Made by a program: the position numbers and the translations under genes
Shown: positions 12,601-25,285 of the stretch, piece after piece
Layout: each line of letters begins with the position of its first letter
Position numbering within the stretch: position 1 is the first letter of the stretch
NCBI RefSeq assembly: GCF_006345805.1
Contig: NC_043003.1
Span: 45,198,001 to 45,262,000, forward strand
DNA: 64,000 nucleotides
DNA from: Octopus sinensis
Taxonomy: Eukaryota
Direction of reading: 5' to 3'
Notes under the pieces: generated by a model
What the model was told of the DNA's origin: nothing
Seen by the model: the letters and a program-made list of their open reading frames with translations, nothing else
Databases searched by the model: none

Positions 12601-13949
12601 GTCTACATTAAGTAATGATTGCAGGAAAATGTCAAAGGTTGGAATCCCCGTGGAATACATAATTTCACTTAATGCTAAATTACTTCATTCCATGTGCAAA
12701 TATATTTCAATTAATTAAAAATAGTTAATCGAAATTTTGTTTATTACTTGAAATGCTTTATCACTCAATAACTTATAGTGTTTGCCGACAGCCATTACGT
12801 TAATTTTCATGCCAAAATGTGTACATATATAGCCCAACTCTATACTGCTCCTGTGTCACCGGTTTTGAACAAGTTGAGAGGGAGTTTATGCTTCATTGAA
12901 GCGTTCAAAACATGAAATATGTCGTAGTTGCTTTATTGTTGCCAAAGATTACATTTGATAAAGTATCAATCATCCTCCCTAAATACGTAACAGAAATTTA
13001 ACAAATTAGAATATCGAAGATCCACCCATTTGCTTTCGCTTGTTGTAATGAACAATAGTCTCTGAGCCTAAGATTCTGTCTCTTCAGTGCAAATGGAATT
13101 TCAATTATATGGCTTTGTGTGTGTGTGTGGCGGGGTTTATTAATTAAACATACTTTCAGCTGATATGCAAAACAGCTTCATTTTGCGGAAGTTATAAAGA
13201 TAAAACAAGCAACGAGAAAACCCAATGAGAAATGGTTAATTAAGAGAAGCGCGATCAGTTTCTTTAATCGATAGAGATACATTTGTTTATTATCCAAAAT
13301 ATAAACTTACTATTAATCATTGCCTTAACAATCATATGGTATACTTCTCTTTTAACTTTTTGTTTTCATAAACTAAATATCAATCTATCGAGATTGTGCT
13401 AATTACTCAGAAAAGTAGAAACGGAGTTCACAACCCTTGCACACCACATAACTTGTGAAATGGATAAACTGAATTATTAGTTGTAGCATCTCAATGAATA
13501 GCATATATAAACTACTGGAAACTGCCTGAAGTACTTACTTTGCAAGAAATGAAAATGGGCTGAATGCAAATTACAGGCAGTTCTGTATTATAAAATTTGT
13601 TGAAAATTTCAAACATTGTTTATTGCAAGATTTCAGTGCTGAGACACGTTATTTGTCATAAAAGAAAATAGATGGTTGTAGCGGAGTCGTTACATCGAAG
13701 GGATTATGCTTTCAGCTAGTTCAGCAGAAGCATACACGAATAGATTCTGTTGTCTTAGCGCGACAAGATTCAAAGTGAATTAGTGTGTCCATGACATTAA
13801 GGATTATAGTGGATTGGTGTATTATTCTCTGCAAAATACTACTATATGTTTCTCGTGCACTTCAAATTTCCACTTGCATCAAGATTTTATTCTACATCTC
13901 TCTACACGTTTTGAATCTGACCTATAATGTAAGGTAAATGAATAAATTT

Positions 13950-14361
13950 CTTATTTCTTTATTGCCCACAAGGGGCTAAACACAGAGGGGACAAACAAGG
14001 AGAGACAAAGGGGTTACATCGACCCCAGTGCGTAACTGGTACTTAATTTATCAACCCCGAAAGGACGAAAGACAAAGTCGAACTCGGCGGAATTTGAACT
14101 CAGAACGTAGCGGCAGACGAAATACCTATTTCTTTACTGTCCACAAGGGGCTACACACAGAGGGGACAAACAAGGACAGACAAACGGATTAAGTTGATTA
14201 TATCGACCCCAGTGCGTAACTGGTACTTATTTAATCGACCCCGAAAAGATGAAAGGCAAATTCGATCTTGACGGAATTTGAACTCAGAACGTAACGGCGG
14301 ACGAAATATGGCTACGCATTTCGCCCGGCGTGCTAACGATTCTGCCAGCTCGCCGCCTTTG
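13950..14361 (-). mobile_element. SINE family B dimer with a 13-bp target-site duplication
   Basis: Reverse complement of family B; AATGAATAAATTT at 13937-13949 and 14362-14374. Confidence 0.9.
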
Positions 14362-16505
14362 AATGAATAAATTTATGCCTACTTGTTCCTTATTTTTTCC
14401 CACAAAAGTTTCTTGTGACAGAAATAAGTCATGTAATTTGTAGATTAAACAGAATAATTGTAGGTTAATGATAGGATAACTACTAAAGCAATAAAGATTC
14501 CATGTTCGAAATGCTGAAAGTGATTTTGCTATCTATTTAACTTCAAAAATCCGTTTCCTAAACTTTTCATCGGACCGATGATTTGTCTATGGTGAACCTG
14601 TAATTGTCTTGTTGAAAGCCTACAATCAAATATACTCTTGTTCAGGAATTAATGATATAAGTGAAGCAAGTAAAATTAGAAATATAGATTTACGATTTCA
14701 GATTTTATAAGTAAAATGAGAAAAATCCTTTCCTCATCACTTCGTGTTTTTTGTCTTTTTTTTTTGTTTTTTCCTAGGTGGTCATAATTAATTTCTACCA
14801 CAGGCAAAGTGACTCACATTTTGAAGGCACATGTAGTCGATTACAGCCGCCATGCTTGACCAGTACCTATTTAACTCAACCTTAAACGATGTGTGGAAAA
14901 ACAAATTAATCAAGTAAGCAATCCACCGCCGTCAATTTGACCGACACTGAATCAATTTCGCCAACCCATCGGCATTTTGCCCAACGCACAACCACCTCTG
15001 TTAATTCACTGCTATTTTGCTACATAGACTGAACCTTCTTCCAATCCTCAGATATATTCTCCGATTATCTCGATTCTAGTAATACGCCCTCATTTTAGTG
15101 CACAAATTATTGAACTCTAACACATTCACATTCGGAACAAAGAGAAAATGTTTATAGATCTCTGAAAGACATAAGTAATTCAAGTAAAGTGAAAGGATTT
15201 CTATTAAGATAGAAGTAATGTATAAATCATGTATTAAAGAGCGTCAGGCAGCATGTTAGCAGAAAGAAACATTCCGTAATGTATGCATTAAATTATTTAT
15301 TTGCAGACCTCCTATTTTAAATTCATTCAAAATGCACTTTGCGCGTTCTTCCTCAATTTTCGATGAAATAATAATAGTGATATACGGAATTTACAGAAGT
15401 GATAATAAATTCCAACAAAATCAAAATTAACTTCATACCTACTCATGATAAATCATTATTAAGAGCCTTCACATACTAATTGCTTCTCTCGCTCTTCTTC
15501 AGTGCCACTTTTATTTTTCTTTAATTTTTTTTAACTTATATTTTACGCATATTTGATGAGCAGCCTAGTTCTTGTGAAGTTTCCAAGATCATATATTCAG
15601 CTGTATGCTAGTTCGGTGAGTAAAGTTTAAACATTTCGCCATTACATATAACAATTCAAACTGCTAGATGCGAACAAAGAAAGGAATGAAAGAAGTATTG
15701 TTGTAATCTATTAACAAATGTATTGTGATCTCATCTTTCACTCATGAAAGGATTTCTATAATAAATCTTTTCATCTCATTGATGTACAAAACCCGCTTTT
15801 ATTACATTCGCTGGATATGCGCTTCATAATAGTAAGCTAATGAATCCATTTATATAAACTTCAATAAACTGGTACGGCACATATAAATAAAGTTGGATAG
15901 TAGATAGATTTTGTGCCTCTCATACACGTTTCCTTCTTTTGAGAGTCTTTCTATCTGAGTTCCTGTAATTATAAATGTGGGCGTTCAGGTTTTGTGACCC
16001 ATATAAAAATGGTTTATGCTTTCAGATGTTATTTTATGAATACTCACTTGTTTTAACAACTTACCGTCTACGATACGATAGTTCTCTCTGGCAGCCACAA
16101 ACTATACGATTCTGCATCGCAAATACACAAAGGGGAATATCAAGATTTTGTGTCGAACTGCTGCTTTAATATCTTGTATTATGCTGTGATACATGCATGG
16201 AAACACACGTGTAGATGAATTCTTATACGAAACAATCAAGCACGCACTTATGGATATGTGTGAGTGTGTATTATCGTCAGCATATGTAATAACATATTTG
16301 TATATATACATATGTCTGTGCGTGTGTGTGTGTGTTTGTGTGTGTGTGCATGTATATATATATCGTGGTATAATTCCACAAAGGGAGCATTCTATCTAGT
16401 GAGAGTCAAATATTCTCGTTTAATGATCACAATATATATCTTTGGGCGCTACTAATAGTTTCACGTGTCTGCAAATCTAAAGACGCTCTATCTATCTATC
16501 AATCA

Positions 16506-16552
<47 letters not shown>

Positions 16553-16574
16553 ATTGATACACATAAGTATGTGT

Positions 16575-16760
16575 ATAAAGGGGACGAAACTACAAAGACT
16601 TCCTGGATTCCGACTAATGAGGAAATCGGCTGTGAATGATCGGTGTATCTTGTTTTTGTCTTTTTTGCCGTTTGTCGTGATCTCGTCTATTTTTCCACAT
16701 GTTGTTCTTTGTTGCTTTCCATTTGTTGTGTTTTTTTTTTTCTTTTCTATCTTTGATTTA
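16575..16760. repeat. Dispersed repeat, copy 1 (partner at 17725-17890)
   Basis: Both copies contain CCGACTAATGAGGAAATCGGCTG and a colinear T-rich tail. Confidence 0.8.
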
Positions 16761-17724
16761 TCCATGCGGCGCTCCATACAACCTGTTGTTTACTTTGTTA
16801 AAAAATGATATCCCTTGAATATTATGTACGATTCTCACCCTCTCTTCCTCGCATTTCTCCCTTATTTCTTCCGTCTCTCTCTCTCTCTCCCTCACTCTCT
16901 CTGTCACTCTTTCTCTGTCTTTCTCTGTTCCTCTCTCTTCACCTACCCCTCGATCCTCATTTCATCTGATTTAATTTTCCCTCTCTCGTATTCCTCCATC
17001 CTTTTTCCTCCCTCCCTCTTATTCTTCAATACCTGTGCTTTTCTTCCTGACTTATCACCCTTGCAACTTCTTCTTCCTCTCTCTCTCTCTCTCTCTCTCT
17101 CTTCTTCTCGCTTCCTTCCTCTTATTCTTTAGTGCCTCTGATTTCTTTCCCCTCTGTCTTATTCCTTAGTTCTTCTGGCATTTTCAACTCCTTCCCTCTC
17201 CTACCACGTGATCACTCTCCGGCTAAGGCATTGTCGTCCGTTTTCGACCTTTGAGATTAGACGCGTTTATCTGTCCTCCTGCCCGGTCTGTTAAGATTTT
17301 CCATTTTACCTTTGCGCCTGCTGGCTACGTTCGTCTGATAGTCGAAAGAACCTTTTGGTTGTTATTTTATGTTGTAATTGTACAATTATTTTCCTTTTGC
17401 TGTAAAGTCGAAAGGCAATTGTTCAATGTACTTATATTTTTTTCTTTTTCTGTTACACTTGCATTATTATTTCATAACGTTACGGTTGTCCGATAGTCGA
17501 AAGACCCTTTCTGTTATTTATTTATTTGTATTCCTATATGTACAACAAACGTTTTCCCTTCTATAGTATAACTAAAAGTGTTCTATTGTACGTGTATAAT
17601 TTTAGGTTCTCGTTTTTGTTTCTGTTCGTGTTTTCGTTCTTGTATACATTCGTTTGCCTTTCCCAAGGAGTAAAGCTTTTAGCTTAAGTCCCTGGCACCC
17701 GCCGGATTCAAGTAATCATGGAGA

Positions 17725-17890
17725 TAAGGGGGTGAAGCTACAAGGACTTTCCGGACTCCGACTAATGAGGAAATCGGCTGCGAATGATCCATGTATCTTG
17801 TTTTTGTTTTGTTTGCCGCTTGTTGTGCTATCGTCTATCTTCCACGTGTTTTGTTGGTTTCCGTTTGTTGCCTTTTTTCTCTTCTACCGT
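17725..17890. repeat. Dispersed repeat, copy 2
   Basis: Colinear with 16575-16760. Confidence 0.8.
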
Positions 17891-18530
17891 CGATATGTAT
17901 ATATGGATCTTAGTCTTGCAGTCTTCATTGCGTTCTCACGAAAGGTGCTGCCACGAAGAAAGCACCGAGTACATGTGGTAAAATGATTGGTGTTAGGTTC
18001 TGTGTTCAGCCCTAGAAACCATGCGAAAGCAGATATGGCTATAGTATGCAGTATTTGGACAAACCAAAAACTAACAAAGGTCTTTCCTAAACCATTGGTA
18101 AGAAAGGCTGGCTTTCAGAATTCTGTGAAGTATATAATCCCTACCTTCTTCAACGGGACGCTAGACCATCAAAGGATTATTCGTTTCTGCCAGTTGAGTG
18201 AACCGGAATAACATGAACGATGATTCGCTGAAGAATACAACACATCACCGGGTCAAGACATCGAACCTAACATCTTACGCCCTCGAGGTTACCAGCTTCC
18301 AAATTCATGTGCATATACATACACACATATATACATACATAAATACACACGTATACATACACATATGTAATACACACAATCATACATACATACATGCATG
18401 TATACATACATACATACATACATACATACATACATACATACATACATACATACATACATGCATACATATACATATATACATACATGAAAAGAAATTTTAA
18501 CATAAAACTGAACAATGACATGCATACAAA

Positions 18531-18794
18531 AAACATAAAGCTGAAGATCAGTGAAAAAGAACTACCTACGTTGAACTATTGAAAAATCTGCAGTTACTCT
18601 ATCCATATTACAAGTTCAGGTATATACCTGTAATTATTGGGGCCCTAGGATATGTAACACACTACCCAAATACTAACCTTGAGAAATTAAGCTTCTATAG
18701 ACCAGAAATTAGAAAGCTGATTCGAAAACTACAGATCCAATCCACAACTGGAAATGTAAAAGTTAGTAAAACTTTCCAGAAGTTCATCATTTAA
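18531..18794 (+). mobile_element. R2/R4-type non-LTR retrotransposon, restriction-like endonuclease C-terminus
   Basis: NIKLKISEK...ELLKNLQLLYPYYKFRYIPVIIGALGYV...LEKL...KTFQKFII*; the IPxIIGALG motif is typical of RLE-bearing LINEs. Confidence 0.75.
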
Positions 18795-18993
18795 ATATAT
18801 ATGAGCATGATTAAATATGCAACTATATGCATGAGAACACATACATAAAACAAAGCATATAAATCTGCCCATATACATACATGCATACAAAATACTTTGG
18901 CGTTGTTGAAATTCCAATGAAGGAGCTTTGGATGTAGGTCAGAAACCGGCTCTTTATTGGCAAGAAATTTGAAAAAATAATGAATAATTTTAT

Positions 18994-19056
<63 letters not shown>

Positions 19057-19339
19057 GATTAAAGTATGGCTGAGTTTGGAATTTTGAGGAGGGAAATTTA
19101 ATCCTTATTTCATTTGCTACAAATTATCACGACATCTGGGACTATAAAAGGTCAGCGAAACATTCCTAAGGTTGACAGTTAAATCAAGATACTTACCTTC
19201 GCAACCTTGTTACCAAGTCGGTGGCCGCTCAGAAGTTTATTCCAAATTAAAAAGAGAGAAATAACAGACATACACATAAGTATGTATGTATGTATGTATT
19301 TCTGTATGTATGTGTATGTATATATGTATGTACGTATTC

Positions 19340-19571
19340 TTTTTCTTTTTTCTTTTATTCTTATATTTGCTTCAGTCATTTGACTGCGGCCATGCTGGAG
19401 CACCACCTTTAGTCGAGCAAATCGACCCCAGGACTTATTCGGCCTCTCTTGCTGAACCACACCAGCATCGGTTGTCAAGCGATGTTTAGGGGACAAACAC
19501 AGACACAAAAAACATATACATACACACACACATACACATACACACACACACACGCACACACACACACATAT

Positions 19572-19602
<31 letters not shown>

Positions 19603-19765
19603 CGACGGGCTTCTTTCAGTTTCCGTCTACCAAATCCACTTACAAGGCTTTGGTCGGCCCGAGGCTATAGTAGAAGACACTTGCCCAAGTTGCCACGCAG
19701 TGGGACTGAACCCGGAACCATGTGGTTGGTAAGCAAGCTACTTACCACACAGCCACTCCTGCGTC
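19340..19765 (-). mobile_element. SINE family A with internal deletion and internal (CA)n(TA)n
   Basis: Reverse complement of 55237-55662; the segment after CCCAGGACTTATTC is missing. Confidence 0.9.
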
Positions 19766-20308
19766 TGTGCATACGTACTTGCATAATAAACACATATACG
19801 TAAAGAAAATCTGAAATACAGTGAAAAAAAATCAACGTTCGGTAAAAGGACAAGATCTCAATCTTGATGAGGAGGCGGGAGAAAATAAGAAAAAGATGAC
19901 GGCTCTCTTTACAACATCTACTCTGAGTGCATTTGTATATTTTCCATCACTTTAGCCACTCGCATTCCTTCTCACAACCGTAGGAATTCATGTTGTTTAT
20001 ACCCATTATTTGAAATATATATTTATATAAACATGCATAATATTATCAATATATGAACAAACACACACCCACACACACACACAAACACAAACAAACACAC
20101 ACACACACACACACACACTCACACACACATACACACACAAATCAGAATGAATATAGATGTATGTATATCTTTTCACTATTCATGTTTCAGGATATCGATC
20201 GCATAATTCTTTCATCCATTCCATGTCTATTCTTTTCTACTAATTCATTATCGTAAACATTTTTCCTGTTGGTAACACACACACACACACACACGCACAC
20301 ACACACAC

Positions 20309-20340
<32 letters not shown>

Positions 20341-21379
20341 GTACGCACTCACATACACGCACACATACTCACACGTGCATGAATACGTATGTGAGCCATG
20401 TTTTTTTTTTCTATGTGTGTGTATGTATGTGTGTGTCTGCACATTTACGCATGCATTAAAGTGTGCGTATGTGTAAGTATTTGCTCACAATTATTTATAT
20501 GTTGTTTTATCTATCTATTTATTTATGTATTAGCAAATGCAGCGACCGCACCGACCTCTCGTTTCTCTTCCAATTGCTGTTTTTATCCTATCTTTGTAAT
20601 TATTGTATATCCATCATTTTTCGTTGTTTTTTTTTTTGTTTTTGTTTTTCTTTCCTACCTTTATTCACTATTCAACGTTTAATCTTTTTCCACTCTATCC
20701 TAAATCCATCCCCTGATACATTTTTTCCTTTTTTTTTTTGAGCATGTCTTCTGCATTTTGCCCTTAGACTTAATTGTGCATCATAACATCCATCGCTATC
20801 CCACTATATCTCCCTCTGTTCATTCTCTCTTTCTCTCTCTCTCTCTCTCTCGCTTCCTCTTCCTATTATTTTCTATCACTCATTCTCCATTCTTTGTGAT
20901 TAATTCAAGTATAACATGTTTCCAAAAGCGTTATGCATTCCATCAGAGTGTTGGTATTCAGCGACGTTGAGTCACACATTTCTCTCTCGCATTCAGCTTT
21001 CATTGCTGAACTTGATACGGTTCCAGTTTGAGGTCAAGAAGGTCAAAAGAAACCAATCACATATGCGTTTGTAAATGCAGGGTTGAGGAGGGCAAGGCAT
21101 GTAAGTTAGATTAGTATTAGAACAAGTATTAACTATGAAATTGAAAGGGTATCAGCATTAAACGATGGGTACATCTGGATTACAAATAACGTGGCAAGTT
21201 TCTAATATGAATTCAGGGTTTTCAGAGATTAAACATAAAAGAACGATTATTCACATTTCATAAGCGTAATGTTCACAGTTGATTACTTCATAGTTTAGGT
21301 CACGGATTATAAGAGTATTGCGATTGTCGGAGAATTCCATGCGTTGTGTTGTTTTTTTTTTGTTTGTTTTGTTTTTTTC

Positions 21380-21600
21380 GGCTGTCAGCAATCTGAGATC
21401 AAATCCTGCCGTGTACAACTTTGCACCTTTCCCTTTTAGAATCGATATCGATAAAGTAGTAGGGAACAGAACAAATCGTCAGAGGTCAAAAATATTTCCT
21501 TACATCATTTGTTCTAGTTCTTCAAATACCACCGAGGTCAAATTTGCCTTTCATCCTTATGATCGATATATGAATTCGTAGTCCTGCATTGGGATTGATT
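21380..21600 (+). mobile_element. Two highly decayed SINE family B bodies
   Basis: CAAATCCTGCCGTG...CTTTGC and ACCGAGGTCAAATTTGCCTTTCATCC resemble the family B core. Confidence 0.5.
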
Positions 21601-22419
21601 CTGGTTTCTCTCTCACTCTCCCCCTTTCTCTCTCTCTCACTCTCTTTCTCTCCTTCTCTCCCTACCATTCGCTTTGTCTCTCCCTCTCTTTTACTCCCTC
21701 TGTTTAATCCCTCTCGAGCTCTTTCTGTCCGTCATCTTTTCTGGAATGAATCGATTGTAACCATTTCAAAAGATGGGAGATCCTTCGAAAGATCTACACC
21801 AAGGCGCGTCTACAACTCCCAGAAGGATGATGGCCGAAGGCAAGGCAAAAGCTGTATGAATTTACGGGAGTGATTGACGGAATTTCTAATGTTCTAATGA
21901 GATATTTTACGGTGTCTCTGCCGTATTTTCACAGAGATAGAAAATTTAGTATTTCTTTGCATACGAAATGCTCGCCATCATCTCAAGACAGATACATCAT
22001 GTATATAGAGGATTTGAAAAATGTGCTAATATTGATTGAGAAGAACCTGATAATTTGTGTGGTAACATCAAAGACTTCACGAGGATCAGCAGCGGTTCTC
22101 GAGAGACTGAGTTTCTAATATGTTCTACAGACAACGCTAAGCTAGCGGAGAAATGGTGCCTGTCTATGTCTAGGTGCACATGCATACATACATACATAAT
22201 AAATATATATATTTACATATATATGTGTGTGTCTGTATGTATATATTCATATATATATGTGTGTGTCTGTATGTATATATTCATATATATATGTGTGTGC
22301 GTATACATAAGTGTGTGATCTTTAATATAGTCAGTAGAAGCAGACGCTTTCGGGACAAACAACAGCATTATGGGGATAGACAGAGAGACAGATAGAAAGA
22401 CAGAGAAAGAAAGAAAGAT

Positions 22420-22464
22420 ATAGAAAGTAGATAGATAGATAGATAGATAGATAGAGATAGAAAG

Positions 22465-22556
<92 letters not shown>

Positions 22557-22557
22557 G
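22420..22557. repeat. (GATA)n microsatellite
   Basis: Direct reading. Confidence 0.95.
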
Positions 22558-23349
22558 CCATAATTAGAATGAAACAAGAAAGTACTCGTGAGGTGTGGAT
22601 TGGGGTTTCATAATTTAGGGAATAAGACTACATTAAAATAATGATGCCATCAGGGAATCCCATATCTTTAATTCTTTACCTAAAGAAATCAAAAACATCA
22701 TGAGAGTATCTGTTGAACATTACATGAAAAATTCGCTCTCCCAATTCTCAAGCCAGCCATATTCAGTTTAACTTTCAACAGCTCAGCTTCGTCAACTACC
22801 AAAATAGAGACATCAATTATTCTAAAGTGCTAAGCTAAGCACTATTATCGTAAAGAAAAGAATTACACGCAACTGTGTTCCAATAAAAGCATTATTCACA
22901 AGGCTTCGAATCAATTCAATAATTAAATATTTAAATAAGCTAAACGTATAAATTTCCATTAGTATATGAACGTATCGACATTTCATTATATATGCAAGTG
23001 TTTATTCACATTATAAAATACAAAGATATGTACAGTAATAGTTCACTTTACGAGGGCCCGCTTTACAAGTACCCGGGTTTACGTGTTTTATTTTATAATA
23101 AATATGAAAAGGCTAAGATCCAAATTTTGAACGAAGTGCAAAAGTTTCTATCACCATAACAAATGCTTCTGCATGTCAGCGAGAAATTTATAGAGAGCGA
23201 AAAAAAGCGTCTTCTAAGCAAACAACTCTGGACTTGTGTTTTCAAAAAGAATTCTATAATTCCGTCTACGAATACTTGTGAATCGGCGATCGTGTCTACA
23301 AGTGATTGGGTGCACGAATCTAGTGGGAGTGAAAGTTATTCAGAAAATG

Positions 23350-23409
<60 letters not shown>

Positions 23410-23861
23410 GGAAAATGTAGATAGAAGCCAGACAACTATGCCCAATAATATAAACACTGAAACAGTAAAACACAAAGACAAATGTAACACGACAAACAAA
23501 CATACAAATAAGAAAACGACACAAATTTAAAACCTGGAAACAATGAAGGGGGGCCTAATGAATATGATAATATAAAAAGTAGAATAATCAAAGAACTAAA
23601 ATCAGAAACAATTCCTATCATAGTAGGTGCATTAGGCATGATAAAAAAATATTCAGGCAAATACATAACAAAAACACCAGGACTTACAAACACCTATAAC
23701 ATACAGAAAATTGCACTACTAGGCACTGCACACATCCTACGCAGAACACTTTCCATACAATAACCATCAGAGCATCATAACAAATCACAGCACATACCCA
23801 AGGCATACAGAGCTGCGCTCGGTAGTGAAGTGAAAGCACGCTATAAAAAATAAAACTACTG
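23410..23861 (+). mobile_element. R4/Dong-like non-LTR retrotransposon remnant within (AAT)n
   Basis: ETIPIIVGALGMIKKYSGKYITKTPGLTNTYNIQKIALLGTAHILRRTLSIQ* followed by a 3' UTR and (AAT)n; (AAT)n also lies at 23349-23408. Confidence 0.85.
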
Positions 23862-23880
23862 AATAATAATAATAATAATA

Positions 23881-23928
<48 letters not shown>

Positions 23929-24089
23929 TTGTTTTATTATAAATGATCTTGATATTCTTTTTACTTCACATAAAATATTCTTTACCTTCTACTGTTGATT
24001 TATTGTCATTTATTTTAAAGGTAAAATGTATTTCTGAGAACGAATTACGATTCATGAACATTGCTACTATAGGAAGTTATTAATCTACT

Positions 24090-24156
24090 TTACGAGTTCT
24101 CGTTTAAGGAGTGGTTTCCGGGAACAAATTAACTCGTATATCGAGTCGTTACTGTA
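24090..24156 (+). mobile_element. Possible pogo/Tigger-type right end
   Basis: GGAACAAATTAACTCGTATATCGAGTCGTTACTG followed by TA resembles Tigger-like termini (from recall). Confidence 0.35.
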
Positions 24157-24895
24157 TATTTACAGATCAAGACGAGCTGTGCACTCAGACCTTCATAACA
24201 TGCACTTAAACAGGTTTGATTGATTGATTGATTCTAGTTTCAGCTTATGAGCTGTGGCCATGCTGGGGCACCGCCATATAATTTCAAAATACATATTTAG
24301 GTAGACATGCACTTTCACTGAAACAAACTAATAACTATTGATATTCATGAATAAACGTCCGTAACTCACTCAAACCTCCATATCTATGTGTCTGTGTGTA
24401 TTCATATATGTTGGTAGATAAGTATATACATATGTTTCTGTACACGATTTGTTTTTAGAGCTTGGCTATTCCATGAATTGTAATACGATCATGCCATAGC
24501 GATGCATTTCAGGTAAGATGAGGTAAATTTATTCCAACTTAATATATTGATTCTTTTGGGAAGCTGCAGTCAATTGCACAGCAATAGGCATTCATTTTTT
24601 ACACTCGAAACACATCAATTCATATAAACATATAAACATACATGCAAAACAAAAAAAAACATGCACTTACCAACCTTCAACCGACCACCCCACCCTATAT
24701 ATATATATATATATAATCATATCAAAGGGAAATGGAAATTAATTAAAATTTCCATTTCCATTGGTCTAACGCGTAAAAAAATTTAGTCAAAAAGACTATA
24801 TATTAGTCATACGATATAGTGTATATTTAAACACATAGAGAATCCACTTATAGGGATTCTACGCATTAGAAAGAACATCTAGGTTCTATAACTAC

Positions 24896-24958
<63 letters not shown>

Positions 24959-24999
24959 TTTAAAAAATGGAGTTAACGCAGGTGTAATCAAATATTTTT

Positions 25000-25085
25000 A
25001 CTTTCGACACATGTTTCGAAAATTCCACTCATTCTATTCAAAAGAATAAATGGTATAAACAATGCAATCTTCTCCTCAGGAAAGT
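25000..25085 (-). ncRNA. Type I hammerhead ribozyme associated with a Penelope-like element
   Basis: ACTTTC-CTGAGGA-GAAGATT...AATTTTC-GAAA-C-ATGT-G-T-C/GAAAGT: stem I 6 bp, stem II 7 bp with one G-U, canonical CUGANGA and GAAA core, GUC cleavage triplet. Confidence 0.8.
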
Positions 25086-25285
25086 GAAAAAAACGAAACT
25101 CGTCAATAAGAAATTTTAGCAAAAAATGATGGATTTGTATAGCGATAGACAGAACGCTATTAATATTATTTAAAAAACGTTATATGATATAACGTCATAA
25201 GTAGCTAACAGAAAGAGTAGGGATATTAATAGTGAATGTGAAATATAAAGGAAATTAAAGTTTAAATTATATATAATGATAGAGA

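Noticed and set aside
17335-17352. CTGATAGTCGAAAG as a possible hammerhead core
   Set aside because: It does not match CUGANGA, and there is no stem III or cleavage triplet in the right order
19189-19198. ATACTTACCT, identical to the U1 snRNA 5' end
   Set aside because: Similarity stops after 10 nt, so it is not a U1 gene; treated only as an antisense splice donor
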